Shown here one piece after another: positions 9,586 to 22,274 of a stretch of DNA of 64,000 nt. The notes under the pieces were generated by a model, which was not told the origin of the DNA, made no database searches, and was given only the letters and a program-made list of their open reading frames with translations. Origin of the DNA: a bacterium (GTDB lineage Bacteria; J088; JAWLBW01); the NCBI GenBank assembly GCA_041690355.1, contig JAWLHK010000009.1:62001-126000 (forward strand). The letters are read 5' to 3'. The position numbers and the translations under genes are program-made. Position 1 is the first letter of the stretch. Each line of letters opens with the position of its first letter.

Positions 9586-11739
9586 ATGACTGAGCCCGTT
9601 TTCTTCAGCCCCTACGGCACCGTTTCGCGCACGCTGCGCCCCCCTGCTCCGGACGAGCAGGCGGCGCACCGTTTTGTCACGACGGTGCTTTCCGGCCGGC
9701 CCGGCCAGGAACTCGGCGCCGAACGCGTCTGGCTCGCCTGGGAAACCGCCCGGCTCCTCGACGCCGGGCCCGAAGCGCGCGAGACATTCGCCTGGCTGGT
9801 GGTCGTCAGCCTCCTGTACCGCATGCAGGGGAGCACACGGCTTCCGGTCGCCCAGCCGGGCGCGCTCGAAGCGGCTCTCGAACGCATGCTCCCCGCCGGT
9901 CAGACCGACGCCACGGCACGCGCGTCGGCGCTCGCGAACGACATCCGGGCCCTGCTCGACCGGCCCGAAACCCGGCCGCTCGTTGCCGCCGATGGCGCTT
10001 TCGCCCCGTTTCTCCTGCGTGCGGGCACCTTCGTGCATCAGCGGCTCGACTGGCAGGAAGAGCGCCTCATTCGGCATCTGCGCCGTTTGCTGACTCGTGA
10101 GCCGGCCGAGCATGATCCTGCCGCGGTCCGGGTTGGCCTGGCCGACATTCTGGCGCGTCCGGCGCGGCGCGGAGGCCGTGCCGAAGGCGCCCCGGTAATC
10201 CTGCAGCCCCAGCAGCAGTACGCCGTCCTTGCGGCGGCGCTCTCGCCGCTCAGCATCATTTCCGGCGGACCGGGAACGGGCAAGACGACCATCGTCGTCT
10301 CGATGCTGCGCCTTCTTGCCCGGCTGGGCGTTCCCGTGGAATCCGTCGTCCTCGCGGCCCCCACGGGCAAAGCGGCTTACCGGATGCACCAGGCCGTGCA
10401 GGCGGGGCTCGAGGGTATTCCCGATCGGACCGACGCCGATCAACTCCTGCGCGCCGGATGCCCGCAGCCGCTGACATTGCACCGCCTGCTCGGCTACTCG
10501 CCGGGCCGCGATCGTTTCGCCCACCACGAGAACCATCCGCTCGCCGCGCGCGTCGTCATCGTCGACGAGGCGTCGATGATCGACCTGCGCCTGATGGATG
10601 TGCTCGTCCGCTCCCTGCACCGCGAGGCCCGTCTCGTCCTGCTCGGCGATCCGGATCAGCTCCCTTCGGTCGACGCGGGGGCGGTCCTGCGCGACCTCAT
10701 GCCCGACGAGACGGCGCAGGTCCCCGAGTGGGCCGAACTGCTCGCGGCGGCCCCCGAGGCCGGGACCGATTCCGGCGCCCAGCCTCATCCGCTCGCCCGC
10801 TGCACGACGCGCCTGGCCCACAGCTACCGCATGGACCCTTCCGATCCGGATGGGCGGGCCATCCTGCTCGCGGCGCACGCGGTACGCGACGGCGATACGA
10901 AGCAGCTTTTTGCCGCCGACGCGGAGAGCCATCTGGTTCCCCTCGCTGCCGGCGCGCCCGAGTTCCGCGGCATCGGCTGGCTGGCGCCGCGCGTCCCCGC
11001 CGCCGAGCGTCCGCGGGCGGCGGGGGGTGATGCGCCCGTGCTCGACGCAAGCGTGCGCGAGTTTCTCCACCACTGGAAAGAGCAACGTCTGCGCGGCCTG
11101 GCCGATTACGACGAGCTGGTCCACCACACTTACGTCCACGACGGCCAGGCGTTCTGCGAAGAAGACGCCCGGCGCCTCGCGCGCCTGTTCGCCCATGCCG
11201 AATCTGCGCGCCTGCTGTGCGTCACCCGCGTCTTTCCGACTGGAGCCGACGCCGTCAACCAGGTGCTGCGCCGCCTGCTCGACCGCGACGAAGACGACCC
11301 CTCCGCATTCCGCCCGGGCGAACCGGTCATGATGCAGCGCAATGATTACGAGAAGCGCATCTTCAACGGCGATCAGGGCATCGTGCTGCGCGTCGGCACT
11401 CCGGGGTCGGCCCCCGGCTCGCGCGGGACGCCGATGGTCGTCTTTCTGCGCGACGGCGGGTTCGCTCCTTTCGGACTGGCGACCCTGCAGGCCGACCTGC
11501 GCCTGTCGTACGCCATGACCGTACACAAGAGCCAGGGTTCGGAGTTCGACCATGTCGCGCTGCTCCTCCCCGATGAGGATATCCCTCTGCTGACCCGCGA
11601 AGTCCTCTACACGGCCATGACCCGCGCGCGCAGATCGGTCACCCTGCTCGGCGCCCGGGAGCTCATCGAAGCGGCGATCGGCCGACCGATGGAGCGCCAT
11701 ACGGGGATCCGGGAGCGTCTGCTGCAGTATCTCGCGTAG
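9586..11739 (+). CDS. recD: Exodeoxyribonuclease V alpha subunit (SF1B helicase)
   Basis: GGPGTGKTT, APTGKAA, TLHRLLG, VDEASMID, GDPDQLPSV, FNGDQG, YAMTVHKSQGSEF, YTAMTRAR. Confidence 0.95.
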   Translation: MTEPVFFSPYGTVSRTLRPPAPDEQAAHRFVTTVLSGRPGQELGAERVWLAWETARLLDAGPEARETFAWLVVVSLLYRMQGSTRLPVAQPGALEAALERMLPAGQTDATARASALANDIRALLDRPETRPLVAADGAFAPFLLRAGTFVHQRLDWQEERLIRHLRRLLTREPAEHDPAAVRVGLADILARPARRGGRAEGAPVILQPQQQYAVLAAALSPLSIISGGPGTGKTTIVVSMLRLLARLGVPVESVVLAAPTGKAAYRMHQAVQAGLEGIPDRTDADQLLRAGCPQPLTLHRLLGYSPGRDRFAHHENHPLAARVVIVDEASMIDLRLMDVLVRSLHREARLVLLGDPDQLPSVDAGAVLRDLMPDETAQVPEWAELLAAAPEAGTDSGAQPHPLARCTTRLAHSYRMDPSDPDGRAILLAAHAVRDGDTKQLFAADAESHLVPLAAGAPEFRGIGWLAPRVPAAERPRAAGGDAPVLDASVREFLHHWKEQRLRGLADYDELVHHTYVHDGQAFCEEDARRLARLFAHAESARLLCVTRVFPTGADAVNQVLRRLLDRDEDDPSAFRPGEPVMMQRNDYEKRIFNGDQGIVLRVGTPGSAPGSRGTPMVVFLRDGGFAPFGLATLQADLRLSYAMTVHKSQGSEFDHVALLLPDEDIPLLTREVLYTAMTRARRSVTLLGARELIEAAIGRPMERHTGIRERLLQYLA

Positions 11740-11847
11740 CCACCTTTCGGCGCGCGGGCCGTTCGTGCGCGGGCACGGGCTTCGACGCGCTTGCTCCCCG
11801 GGTCACCCTGCGGTACAAAGTAGGTTCCACCTCGACCGGGACGAAGC

Positions 11848-12276
11848 ATGGGACTTCTCGACAGCCTGAAATCGACCGCGACGAAACTGCTCGCCGACAA
11901 CGTTCTCGTGCGCGGCGCGCTACCCAAAGTGCAGGAGGCGCTCGGCCGACTCGAGGGGCTGTCGGCCGATTTCCTCACCGACCTCACGCTGTTCCGCGCG
12001 AAACTGAGCGATCCGTCGTACAACTATCTGCCGGCGGTGCTCCAGAATTTCGTGACCCCCGACCACTGGCACCAGTTCGTCCTGCACATGAAAGACTCGC
12101 TCTTCGTCGTCGAAGATCGGAGGATCAAGCTTCATCCCGACGTGAAACTGGCGGGGACCGAGGTTGCGCTCCGTCTGGTTTTCGGCGATCGGTGGGCCGA
12201 GAAGGGCGCCGAGTTCAAGCTGCTTCCGCCCGAAGCTCCGGCCGCGGCGTCCAAGCCGGTCGAGCCTCAGGGCTGA
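11848..12276 (+). CDS. Hypothetical protein
   Basis: 142-aa ORF with host-like codon usage and protein-like composition; no recognised motif. Confidence 0.7.
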   Translation: MGLLDSLKSTATKLLADNVLVRGALPKVQEALGRLEGLSADFLTDLTLFRAKLSDPSYNYLPAVLQNFVTPDHWHQFVLHMKDSLFVVEDRRIKLHPDVKLAGTEVALRLVFGDRWAEKGAEFKLLPPEAPAAASKPVEPQG

Positions 12277-12281
12277 GCGGT

Positions 12282-12629
12282 ATGCCGACGGAATCACGCA
12301 GCTGGTTCGAGCGGGCGATCTTCGACCTTTCGATCGCCCAGGCGCACTTCCAGAGCCGGCTGTGGACCGGCGCGGCGCTGCATGCGCGGCAGGCCGCCGT
12401 CAAGTTTCTCCAGGCCGGGCTCGCCCACACCCGCGAAATCGACCCTTCGCCGCGCATCCGTGATCTGCGCGGCAACCTTCGCGCCCGCGCCCCGGGGTTC
12501 GCCATGGACGCCGCCTGGGACGGTCTCGATCGCTATGCGGGCGACGCGGAATTCACGGAAGTGGATGCCCGCCTTGCGCTGCAGTGGGCCGCGGGCGTGC
12601 GCGACGCAGTGGCCGCGCTCCTCGGCTGA
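12282..12629 (+). CDS. HEPN-like domain protein (degenerate)
   Basis: WFERAIFDLSIA...AALHARQAAVKFLQA...LDRYAG...DARLALQWA resembles the small HEPN pattern (W...A..DL..A...QQAAEKxLKA...RY); ATG 5 nt after the upstream stop. Confidence 0.6.
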   Translation: MPTESRSWFERAIFDLSIAQAHFQSRLWTGAALHARQAAVKFLQAGLAHTREIDPSPRIRDLRGNLRARAPGFAMDAAWDGLDRYAGDAEFTEVDARLALQWAAGVRDAVAALLG

Positions 12630-12649
12630 GCCGAGGGCGCTCGTACAGG

Positions 12650-12985
12650 CTAGGCCGGAGAAATCCGCGGGTCGCCCTTCAGCAGACGCTCGGATCCGCA
12701 CTTGGCGCAGACCTTGTAGGACGCGAGCGTGCGCCATAGAAACATGACCAGGGCGGCCACGAGCAGCACGTGCACGAAGAAGCCGACGGTCAGGCCGACG
12801 GCGATCACGGGATATTCAACCCACCAGGCGCCGGGGACGATGCGCCGCACGGCGCCGTGGTACTCACACGTATCGCAGGTGCGCACGGGGCGCGCGAACT
12901 TCCACACGAGCCCGCGAAGGGATATCAGGATCGTCACGCCGAGCGCCACCGAGAGGGCGAAGGCGTGCGCTTCGAAAAACTCCAC
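12650..12985 (-). CDS. Small membrane protein with two CxxC motifs
   Basis: N-terminal TM, CDTC, hydrophobic hairpin, CAKC; GTG start 9 nt downstream of the SDR stop. Confidence 0.7.
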   Translation of the reverse strand: MEFFEAHAFALSVALGVTILISLRGLVWKFARPVRTCDTCEYHGAVRRIVPGAWWVEYPVIAVGLTVGFFVHVLLVAALVMFLWRTLASYKVCAKCGSERLLKGDPRISPA

Positions 12986-12994
12986 GCTCGTCCC

Positions 12995-13792
12995 TTACAT
13001 CTCGAACGGCTGGGTGGCAAGCCACTGCGCGCCGTCGACGATCATGATGGCCCCCGAAATATAGCGGGCGGCCGGCGAAGCGAGAAAGACGGCCATGTCG
13101 GCGATCTCCTGGATCGTGCCGAACCGCCGGAGCGGGATGTTCGCCGCCATCTTCTGGGCGAGGTCGCCCGGGGCGAGCCGCATCATCCCCTCGGTGTCGC
13201 CGATGGGCCCCGGAGCGATGTTGTTCACGCGAATGCCCAACGGTCCCCATTCAACCGCCAGATTCTTCATGAGCGCGTCGATGCCCGCCTTCGCCGCCAT
13301 GACGTGCGCCTGTAGCGGGGTGCCGACGTAGTGGAGCGTCGCCGTAATGTTGAGGACGAGCGGGTCCTGCCCTTCGGCCCCCGCCTTCGAGAGCGCCTCA
13401 AATGCCGCCTTGGTGACGTTGAAGGTGCCGATGGTGTCGATCTCCATCACGGTGCGAAAGGCGTTGTAGGAGAGCTGCGAGGCGGGGCAGAGAAAGTTAC
13501 CGGCGGCGCCGTTGACGACGGTATCGAGTTTTCCGAAACGCTCGAGCGCGACGGCCACCGCCCGCTCGACCTCTTCGGGCTTGCGCACGTCGGCCTGCAC
13601 GGGGACGCACTTGCCGCCGGCCGCCTCGATTTCTTCGGCCGCCTTTTCGAGATTTTCGAGTTTGCGGCTGGTGATGACGACGTTGGCGCCGTACTGCGAG
13701 AAGTTGCGGGCGATGCCCTTACAGATGCCGGTTCCGCCGCCGGTCACCAGCGCCACTCGGCCCTTCAGTACGTCTGCACGAAACACGCTCAT
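12995..13792 (-). CDS. SDR family oxidoreductase, 2,4-dienoyl-CoA reductase-like
   Basis: TGGGTGIC, VNGAAGNF, NITATLHY, AAKAGID, IAPGPI, VDG are typical of the peroxisomal-type 2,4-dienoyl-CoA reductase subgroup. Confidence 0.88.
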   Translation of the reverse strand: MSVFRADVLKGRVALVTGGGTGICKGIARNFSQYGANVVITSRKLENLEKAAEEIEAAGGKCVPVQADVRKPEEVERAVAVALERFGKLDTVVNGAAGNFLCPASQLSYNAFRTVMEIDTIGTFNVTKAAFEALSKAGAEGQDPLVLNITATLHYVGTPLQAHVMAAKAGIDALMKNLAVEWGPLGIRVNNIAPGPIGDTEGMMRLAPGDLAQKMAANIPLRRFGTIQEIADMAVFLASPAARYISGAIMIVDGAQWLATQPFEM

Positions 13793-13982
13793 CGGTCACT
13801 CCGCTCCGTAGACAGGTTGAACGGGTAGAGTAACAGCCCACTTCAGAATTGACAATTTACCGATTGACTCGAATGACGATTTGCCGGCAAGTACCTGTGT
13901 GCACCTGGTGATTGGGCCGCTGAAGGCGCGACCATTTACCAGCGCACGGCGACCGCCCCTGGGGCCTGGCGCTTCCGGCGTC

Positions 13983-15104
13983 TCAGATGCTTTTCGGCAC
14001 CCCGGCCCGCACGTCCTCTTTCTGGGCCGCCAGGAGCTTTTCGTAGGCTTCGCGCTCGGCATCGCTGATCGCCTTGGGCACCACGATCCGCAACTCCACA
14101 TAGAGGTCACCGCGACCGCCGCCGCGCAGATGCGGAACCCCCTTGCCCCCCAGGCGCAGCCTCTGGCCGCTCGAGCTTCCGGCGGGCACCTTCATCTTGA
14201 CCGTGCCGTCGGGCGTGGGAACTTCGATGCGCGTCCCCAGGGCCGCCTCTGCCGGCGTGAGCGGCAGGGTGATTTCGAGATCGTCGCCGCTGCGCTTGAA
14301 GAACGGATGGGGACGCACGCGCACCTGGACGTACAGGTCGCCCGGCTCGGCGCCATCGAATCCGTCGTTCCCTTTTCCGCTCAGCCGGATGGTACCCCCG
14401 TCGCGCAGCCCGGCGGGGATGCGTACGCGCAGGGACTCACGCGACAGCTGCACGCCGGCACCCCCACAGGTCAGGCAGGGGTCGCCGGTTTTTCCCGCCC
14501 CCCCGCATTGCGGGCAGGCCTGGCTGAAGGAGAGAAACCCGCTCCCCATGGTGACCTTGCCGCGTCCGCCGCATTGGGGGCACGTGCTCTGCTTGCCGCC
14601 GGGCTGAAACCCCGATCCCGTGCAGGTCTTGCAGGCGACTTCACGCTGAATTTCCAGCTGAATGGTCGAACCGTGCACGACATCGGCCAGATCGACCGTG
14701 ACTTCGGCGCGCAGATCTTCGCCGGGCGCGGCCCCGCCGCCGCCGCCGAAGAGGTCACCGAACAGATCGGCAAACCCACCGCCGCCGCGTCCGCCGCCGG
14801 CGCCGCGAAAGAGGTCCTCAAAGCGCACCCCGCCGAACCCGCCGGCTCCGGGACGGAATCCGCCGGCGCCCGCGCCGCCGCTCGTAAACGCCTCATGGCC
14901 GTACTGGTCGTAGGTCTTGCGCTTTTCAGGATCGGAGAGCACCGAGTAGGCTTCGTTCACCTCCTTGAACTTCGCCTCGGCGTCCTTGTCGCCCGGATTC
15001 ACGTCCGGATGATGTTTTCGCGCCGCCTTGCGGAAGGCTTTCTTGAGGTCGTCGACGCTCGCGTCACGCTGAACGCCGAGCACCTGATAATAATCGCGCG
15101 CCAT
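13983..15104 (-). CDS. dnaJ: Molecular chaperone DnaJ
   Basis: DYYQVLGV...HPD J-domain, G/F-rich linker, four CxxCxGxG repeats, C-terminal domain. Confidence 0.96.
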   Translation of the reverse strand: MARDYYQVLGVQRDASVDDLKKAFRKAARKHHPDVNPGDKDAEAKFKEVNEAYSVLSDPEKRKTYDQYGHEAFTSGGAGAGGFRPGAGGFGGVRFEDLFRGAGGGRGGGGFADLFGDLFGGGGGAAPGEDLRAEVTVDLADVVHGSTIQLEIQREVACKTCTGSGFQPGGKQSTCPQCGGRGKVTMGSGFLSFSQACPQCGGAGKTGDPCLTCGGAGVQLSRESLRVRIPAGLRDGGTIRLSGKGNDGFDGAEPGDLYVQVRVRPHPFFKRSGDDLEITLPLTPAEAALGTRIEVPTPDGTVKMKVPAGSSSGQRLRLGGKGVPHLRGGGRGDLYVELRIVVPKAISDAEREAYEKLLAAQKEDVRAGVPKSI

Positions 15105-15118
15105 GCTCTGCACACCCG

Positions 15119-15157
15119 AAAAAACAGCGGGCTGCCGGGGGCTCCCGGCAGCCCGCT
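15119..15157 (-). terminator. Intrinsic terminator between dnaK and dnaJ
   Basis: Perfect 14-bp stem (15126-15139 / 15144-15157), 4-nt loop, followed on the minus strand by GTTTTTT. Confidence 0.8.
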
Positions 15158-15204
15158 CGTGTTTCTATCCGCGGACGAAGGTTCCGGCTCCAGGCTCCGG
15201 AAGT

Positions 15205-17112
<1,908 letters not shown>

Positions 17113-17165
17113 GGCTTACTGCTCCTCGAAAAAACGTTTGTGCGGATGGGATATTCTTAGTCACG

Positions 17166-17193
17166 AATGTAAGCACCCTCTGCCGGGTGTCAA
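17166..17193 (-). promoter_or_regulatory. Sigma70-type promoter of dnaK overlapped by an imperfect inverted repeat
   Basis: Minus strand TTGACA-16 nt-TACATT; plus strand TAAGCACCC-N6-GGGTGTCAA (17170-17193). Confidence 0.6.
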
Positions 17194-17250
17194 GCCCCGC
17201 GGGTAAATAACTGAAATCATATGTCTTTTCGGTGGCCGCCCGGTCCGGGA

Positions 17251-17312
17251 GGCGGAGAGGGAGAGTGGGGGAGCGGGAGAGTGGGGGACGGAAAACGAAA
17301 AACACAAAAAAC
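17251..17312. repeat. G-rich/A-rich intergenic repeat element, copy 1
   Basis: GGGAGAGTGGGGGA twice (17259-17272, 17275-17288) followed by GAAAAC-type units; closely resembles the reverse complement of 48180-48240. Confidence 0.7.
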
Positions 17313-17335
17313 GGCGACGCGGATTCCTGTTCCCG

Positions 17336-17764
17336 CTACCGGATCAGGGTCGCGTGGTCGACCTTGATGCACCGGCTCTGCACGACGTCGTAATCGTGGT
17401 CCAGTAGCATCCGGGCCGCCGCTTCATTGCGGATGCCAAGCTGCATCCAGAAGAGCGGAGCCCGCCGCCGCAGGGCGGCCTCGGCGACGCGGGGCACGTC
17501 GGCAGGCCGGCGGAAGACATTGATGATGTCGATCGAGATGCCCGGCGGAATCGCCTCGAGCGAGGCATACGGAAGCTCGCCGAGCACCCGCCGGTTCGAC
17601 GGCAACGTCGGGTTCACGGGCAGAATGCGATAGCCCGCGTTCTGCATGTAGCGGCTCACCTCGTAGCTCGCGCGGTACTCATCGTCGGAGAGCCCGACGA
17701 CGGCTATCGTCTTGGCGGTGCGCAAATGCCGCTCGATGGCCCCGGCGTCATGCGAAATCTCCAT
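17336..17764 (-). CDS. CoA-binding protein (YccU-like)
   Basis: TIAVVGLS, GYRILPVNP, DIINVFRR, FWMQLGI, SRCIKV; GGAGG RBS. Confidence 0.9.
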   Translation of the reverse strand: MEISHDAGAIERHLRTAKTIAVVGLSDDEYRASYEVSRYMQNAGYRILPVNPTLPSNRRVLGELPYASLEAIPPGISIDIINVFRRPADVPRVAEAALRRRAPLFWMQLGIRNEAAARMLLDHDYDVVQSRCIKVDHATLIR

Positions 17765-17847
17765 CCGGTGTCTCCCTCCGAATCCGAGCGGCCTGTTCGC
17801 CCCGATCGTACTCCCGGCCCGACGCGACCTGCAGCCCGGCCGGTCGC

Positions 17848-19242
17848 CTACAGGAGCCCGTCCCGATCGACGACGGCCCCCCCCTGAAGGACCGAGACGA
17901 TGCGGTGGACCGCCCCCAGGTCAAGCAGCGGATCCCCGTCTACCAGCAGCAGATCGGCCCGATAGCCGGGCGCCACCCGCCCGAGGTCGTCTCCGCGCCC
18001 GATGGCCTGGGCGTTGCCTGCCGTGACCGCCCGCAGAATTTCACCGGCCGGCATCCCCGCCGCCGCCAGGAGGTCGATTTCCTGGTGCAGGGTCGCGCCG
18101 CCGAACTGACCGATGTTTGGAGAATCACTCCCGATGAGCAGCCGCACGCCGTGCTCGCGCAGGATCTGAACGTTGCCGGCCCAGTACGGGCTCGCCTTGT
18201 GCAGCATGTCGAGATATCCCCTGAAGGCCTCGGGCGCCCGGTAATCGGCCGGTCGCGAGAGAAGCGCGTTCACCACCCCCGGATCGCCCACCGCACGCTG
18301 CAGGGGACCCAGTTCGTAGTTGCCCTGAATGAGCCGATCGATGGTGCCGAAGACCGCCAGCGTCGTCGTGACCGCCACGTTCTTTTCGGCCAGCATCTTC
18401 GCCGTGCCGGCCGTCAGCGGTTCCCGGTATACGTTGTGCGCCAGAATGTCGGCGCCGGCGGCGACCATGCGCCAGGCATCCGCGTTCGTCCCGATATGGG
18501 CGAACACCAGGCGCCGGCCGGCATGCGCCGTTTCGGCTACGGCGGCGGCGGCCTCCGACGAAAGGAGCGGAACCCCGAGGGGAATGTCGTCGGAGGTCAT
18601 CTTGATGACGTCGACACCGGCCTCCAGAAATTCGGCGACACGCACGCGGGCCTCCTCAGGCTCGCTTACGCCGACCCCGAGCAGCTCGTCACTGACGAAG
18701 AGCGACAGATACCAGGGGAGAAAGACGCGCAGCATGGCCACGGGGTGCCCACCGTCGGCCGTGAAGTGAGGGCCCGAGACCAGCATGCGCGGACCCGGGA
18801 GCTCGCCCCGCTCAATCCTGTCGCGCAGGGTGACGCTCTCATCGAGCGCTCCACCCAGGTCGACGATGGTCGTCACGCCGGCATAGAGAAACGCGCGCAG
18901 CACCTGTTCTGCATTGGGCAGGCTGAGCGCCCACGGCGGCGCCGAACCGCCCGAAGCGTGGGCGTGCATGTCGATGAGCCCCGGCATGACCGTGCGTCCC
19001 GCGCCGTCGATGACGGCCGCATCCGAAGGCACAGCGCGCGTTCCCGAAGGCCCGACCCACTCGATGCGGTCGCCGGCGAGAAAGACATCTTGCCGCGCGG
19101 TCGTCACCGTGGCGTCTCCCGAATAGACGCGCACATTCCGAAGCACGACGACCGAACGTCCGTCGGCAGCCGGACGCGGCGCGGGGACAGACTGACAGGC
19201 AGCGGTCAGAAGAGCTGCCGCGAAGAGAATCGAGTAACGCAT
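17848..19242 (-). CDS. Amidohydrolase family protein, putative lipoprotein
   Basis: Signal/lipobox MRYSILFAAALLTAAC; MPGLIDMHAH metal motif, GVTTIVD, VFAH, LAH, IGSD, GYRADLLLVDGDP. Confidence 0.88.
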   Translation of the reverse strand: MRYSILFAAALLTAACQSVPAPRPAADGRSVVVLRNVRVYSGDATVTTARQDVFLAGDRIEWVGPSGTRAVPSDAAVIDGAGRTVMPGLIDMHAHASGGSAPPWALSLPNAEQVLRAFLYAGVTTIVDLGGALDESVTLRDRIERGELPGPRMLVSGPHFTADGGHPVAMLRVFLPWYLSLFVSDELLGVGVSEPEEARVRVAEFLEAGVDVIKMTSDDIPLGVPLLSSEAAAAVAETAHAGRRLVFAHIGTNADAWRMVAAGADILAHNVYREPLTAGTAKMLAEKNVAVTTTLAVFGTIDRLIQGNYELGPLQRAVGDPGVVNALLSRPADYRAPEAFRGYLDMLHKASPYWAGNVQILREHGVRLLIGSDSPNIGQFGGATLHQEIDLLAAAGMPAGEILRAVTAGNAQAIGRGDDLGRVAPGYRADLLLVDGDPLLDLGAVHRIVSVLQGGAVVDRDGLL

Positions 19243-19281
19243 GTGGATTCCTGGATGAAGACTCAACGAGAGGACGCCGCT

Positions 19282-19803
19282 TCAGCGCGCGCCCGAGGGA
19301 AGCAGAAAGAGCAGGGCCGCCGAGATGGCCCCCTGGATAAGCCAGCCGATGACGCAGACGCCGAGCGCGCGCCACGTGTTGTCGTAATCGAGCGCCTGGC
19401 GCACGGCCACCACGGTGGCGGCCAGCATCCAGATCGAGACGACGATGAGCACGAGGCCCGACACCGGGCGGATCAGGCCGAGGATGTTCAGGAGCCCCGG
19501 CGCCGCCGCGAAACCGAGCGTCCGCAGCATCTGGCCCAGGTCGGCATCGGTCTGCGGCTGGGGGAGCAGACGGGTACCGATGACATAGGTCAGAAATGCC
19601 CAGACGAACCAGCCGAAGAGGGCCGTGATGACGCCGACGACGAGCCCGCTGAAGGTCTCGGAGTACATGCCGACGCCCGCCGCCAGGCTCGAGAGCGCCA
19701 CGACGGTCATTGCCTGACCGATGGCCCCCGGGTCGGCTTCGACATCCTCGAAGACCCGGGCATCGAGCCGGGCTGCGGCCAGCACGCGGTTGACAAACGC
19801 CAT
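19282..19803 (-). CDS. Yip1-family membrane protein
   Basis: About five TM helices; LRTLGFAAAP and VAVRQALD; GGAGGG RBS. Confidence 0.8.
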   Translation of the reverse strand: MAFVNRVLAAARLDARVFEDVEADPGAIGQAMTVVALSSLAAGVGMYSETFSGLVVGVITALFGWFVWAFLTYVIGTRLLPQPQTDADLGQMLRTLGFAAAPGLLNILGLIRPVSGLVLIVVSIWMLAATVVAVRQALDYDNTWRALGVCVIGWLIQGAISAALLFLLPSGAR

Positions 19804-19902
19804 GGTTCCCTCCTTCGTCTCGGCTCGTGAATCACGAATCCGCGGGTGCGGAGGGTACGGAGCTCCGCGGGAACTGCGGTCGGTGGCCGAAGGACGTCTC
19901 TA

Positions 19903-21573
<1,671 letters not shown>

Positions 21574-21698
21574 GGGAATCCTCGCTGGGCGGAAAAAGGA
21601 ATCCACCATTGTACCCGGCAGCCGCAGGTTTCTCTAGTGAGGCCCCGGCAGGACGAGACCCGATGCAGCGTTGCCTTCGGATTGCGAGCGGCCGCCGT

Positions 21699-22157
21699 CT
21701 AGCGCACTTCGAACACGAAGTCGATCTCGACGGCGGCATCCAACGGAAGCTCGTTGGCGCCGACGGCCGTGCGCACGTGCTTGCCCGCTTCCCCGAGAAT
21801 CTCGACCAGCAGATCGCTGGCCCCATTGGCGACCCGCGGCTGGGCGGTGAAGGCGGGGGCCGAGTTGACGAAGGCGCCGAGGCGTACGACGCGAACGAGA
21901 TTCTCAAAGCCGACGGCGTCCTGCACCAAGGCAAGCGCATTCAGGGCGCACTGCCGCGCGGCCTCTGCGCCCTGCTCGACGGTGTTCTCGCCGTCGCCCA
22001 CTTTACCGGTGAGCATGACTTTGCCGTCGAGCAGCGGCAGCTGGCCGGCCAGAAAGAGCAGGTTGCCTGAGCGAACCCAGGGCAGGTAGTTCCCGGCGGG
22101 CTTCGCCGGCGGCGGCAGGGTCAGGCCCAGTTCGGCGAGGCGGTCTTCAATGCGCAT
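21699..22157 (-). CDS. RidA/YjgF family protein
   Basis: GNYLP, LAGQLP, VANGASDLL, GKHVRTAVG, LPLDAAVEI. Confidence 0.9.
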   Translation of the reverse strand: MRIEDRLAELGLTLPPPAKPAGNYLPWVRSGNLLFLAGQLPLLDGKVMLTGKVGDGENTVEQGAEAARQCALNALALVQDAVGFENLVRVVRLGAFVNSAPAFTAQPRVANGASDLLVEILGEAGKHVRTAVGANELPLDAAVEIDFVFEVR

Positions 22158-22274
22158 GTGCAAAGTGTACAACGGGTGAAACCGGGCCGCCATCCCGGAA
22201 AGCGTCCGCGCACCCGACGGTTCGGTGAGGGATCATCCCTCCGCGATCGGGCATCGGGCATCCGGCATGCCCCC

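Noticed and set aside
2396-11700. Long minus-strand ORFs under recC, recB and recD (665, 477, 734 aa) and similar shadows elsewhere (e.g. 48153-50555, 59446-61578)
   Set aside because: Shadow ORFs of GC-rich genes that fully overlap well-supported CDSs.
13849-13877. Plus-strand TTGACA suggesting an antisense promoter or sRNA toward dnaJ
   Set aside because: No acceptable -10 at 16-18 nt; it appears to be part of a degenerate short repeat run.
21574-21698. Cobalamin riboswitch upstream of the mutase or pduO
   Set aside because: No B12-box-like motif recognised, and the leaders are short.
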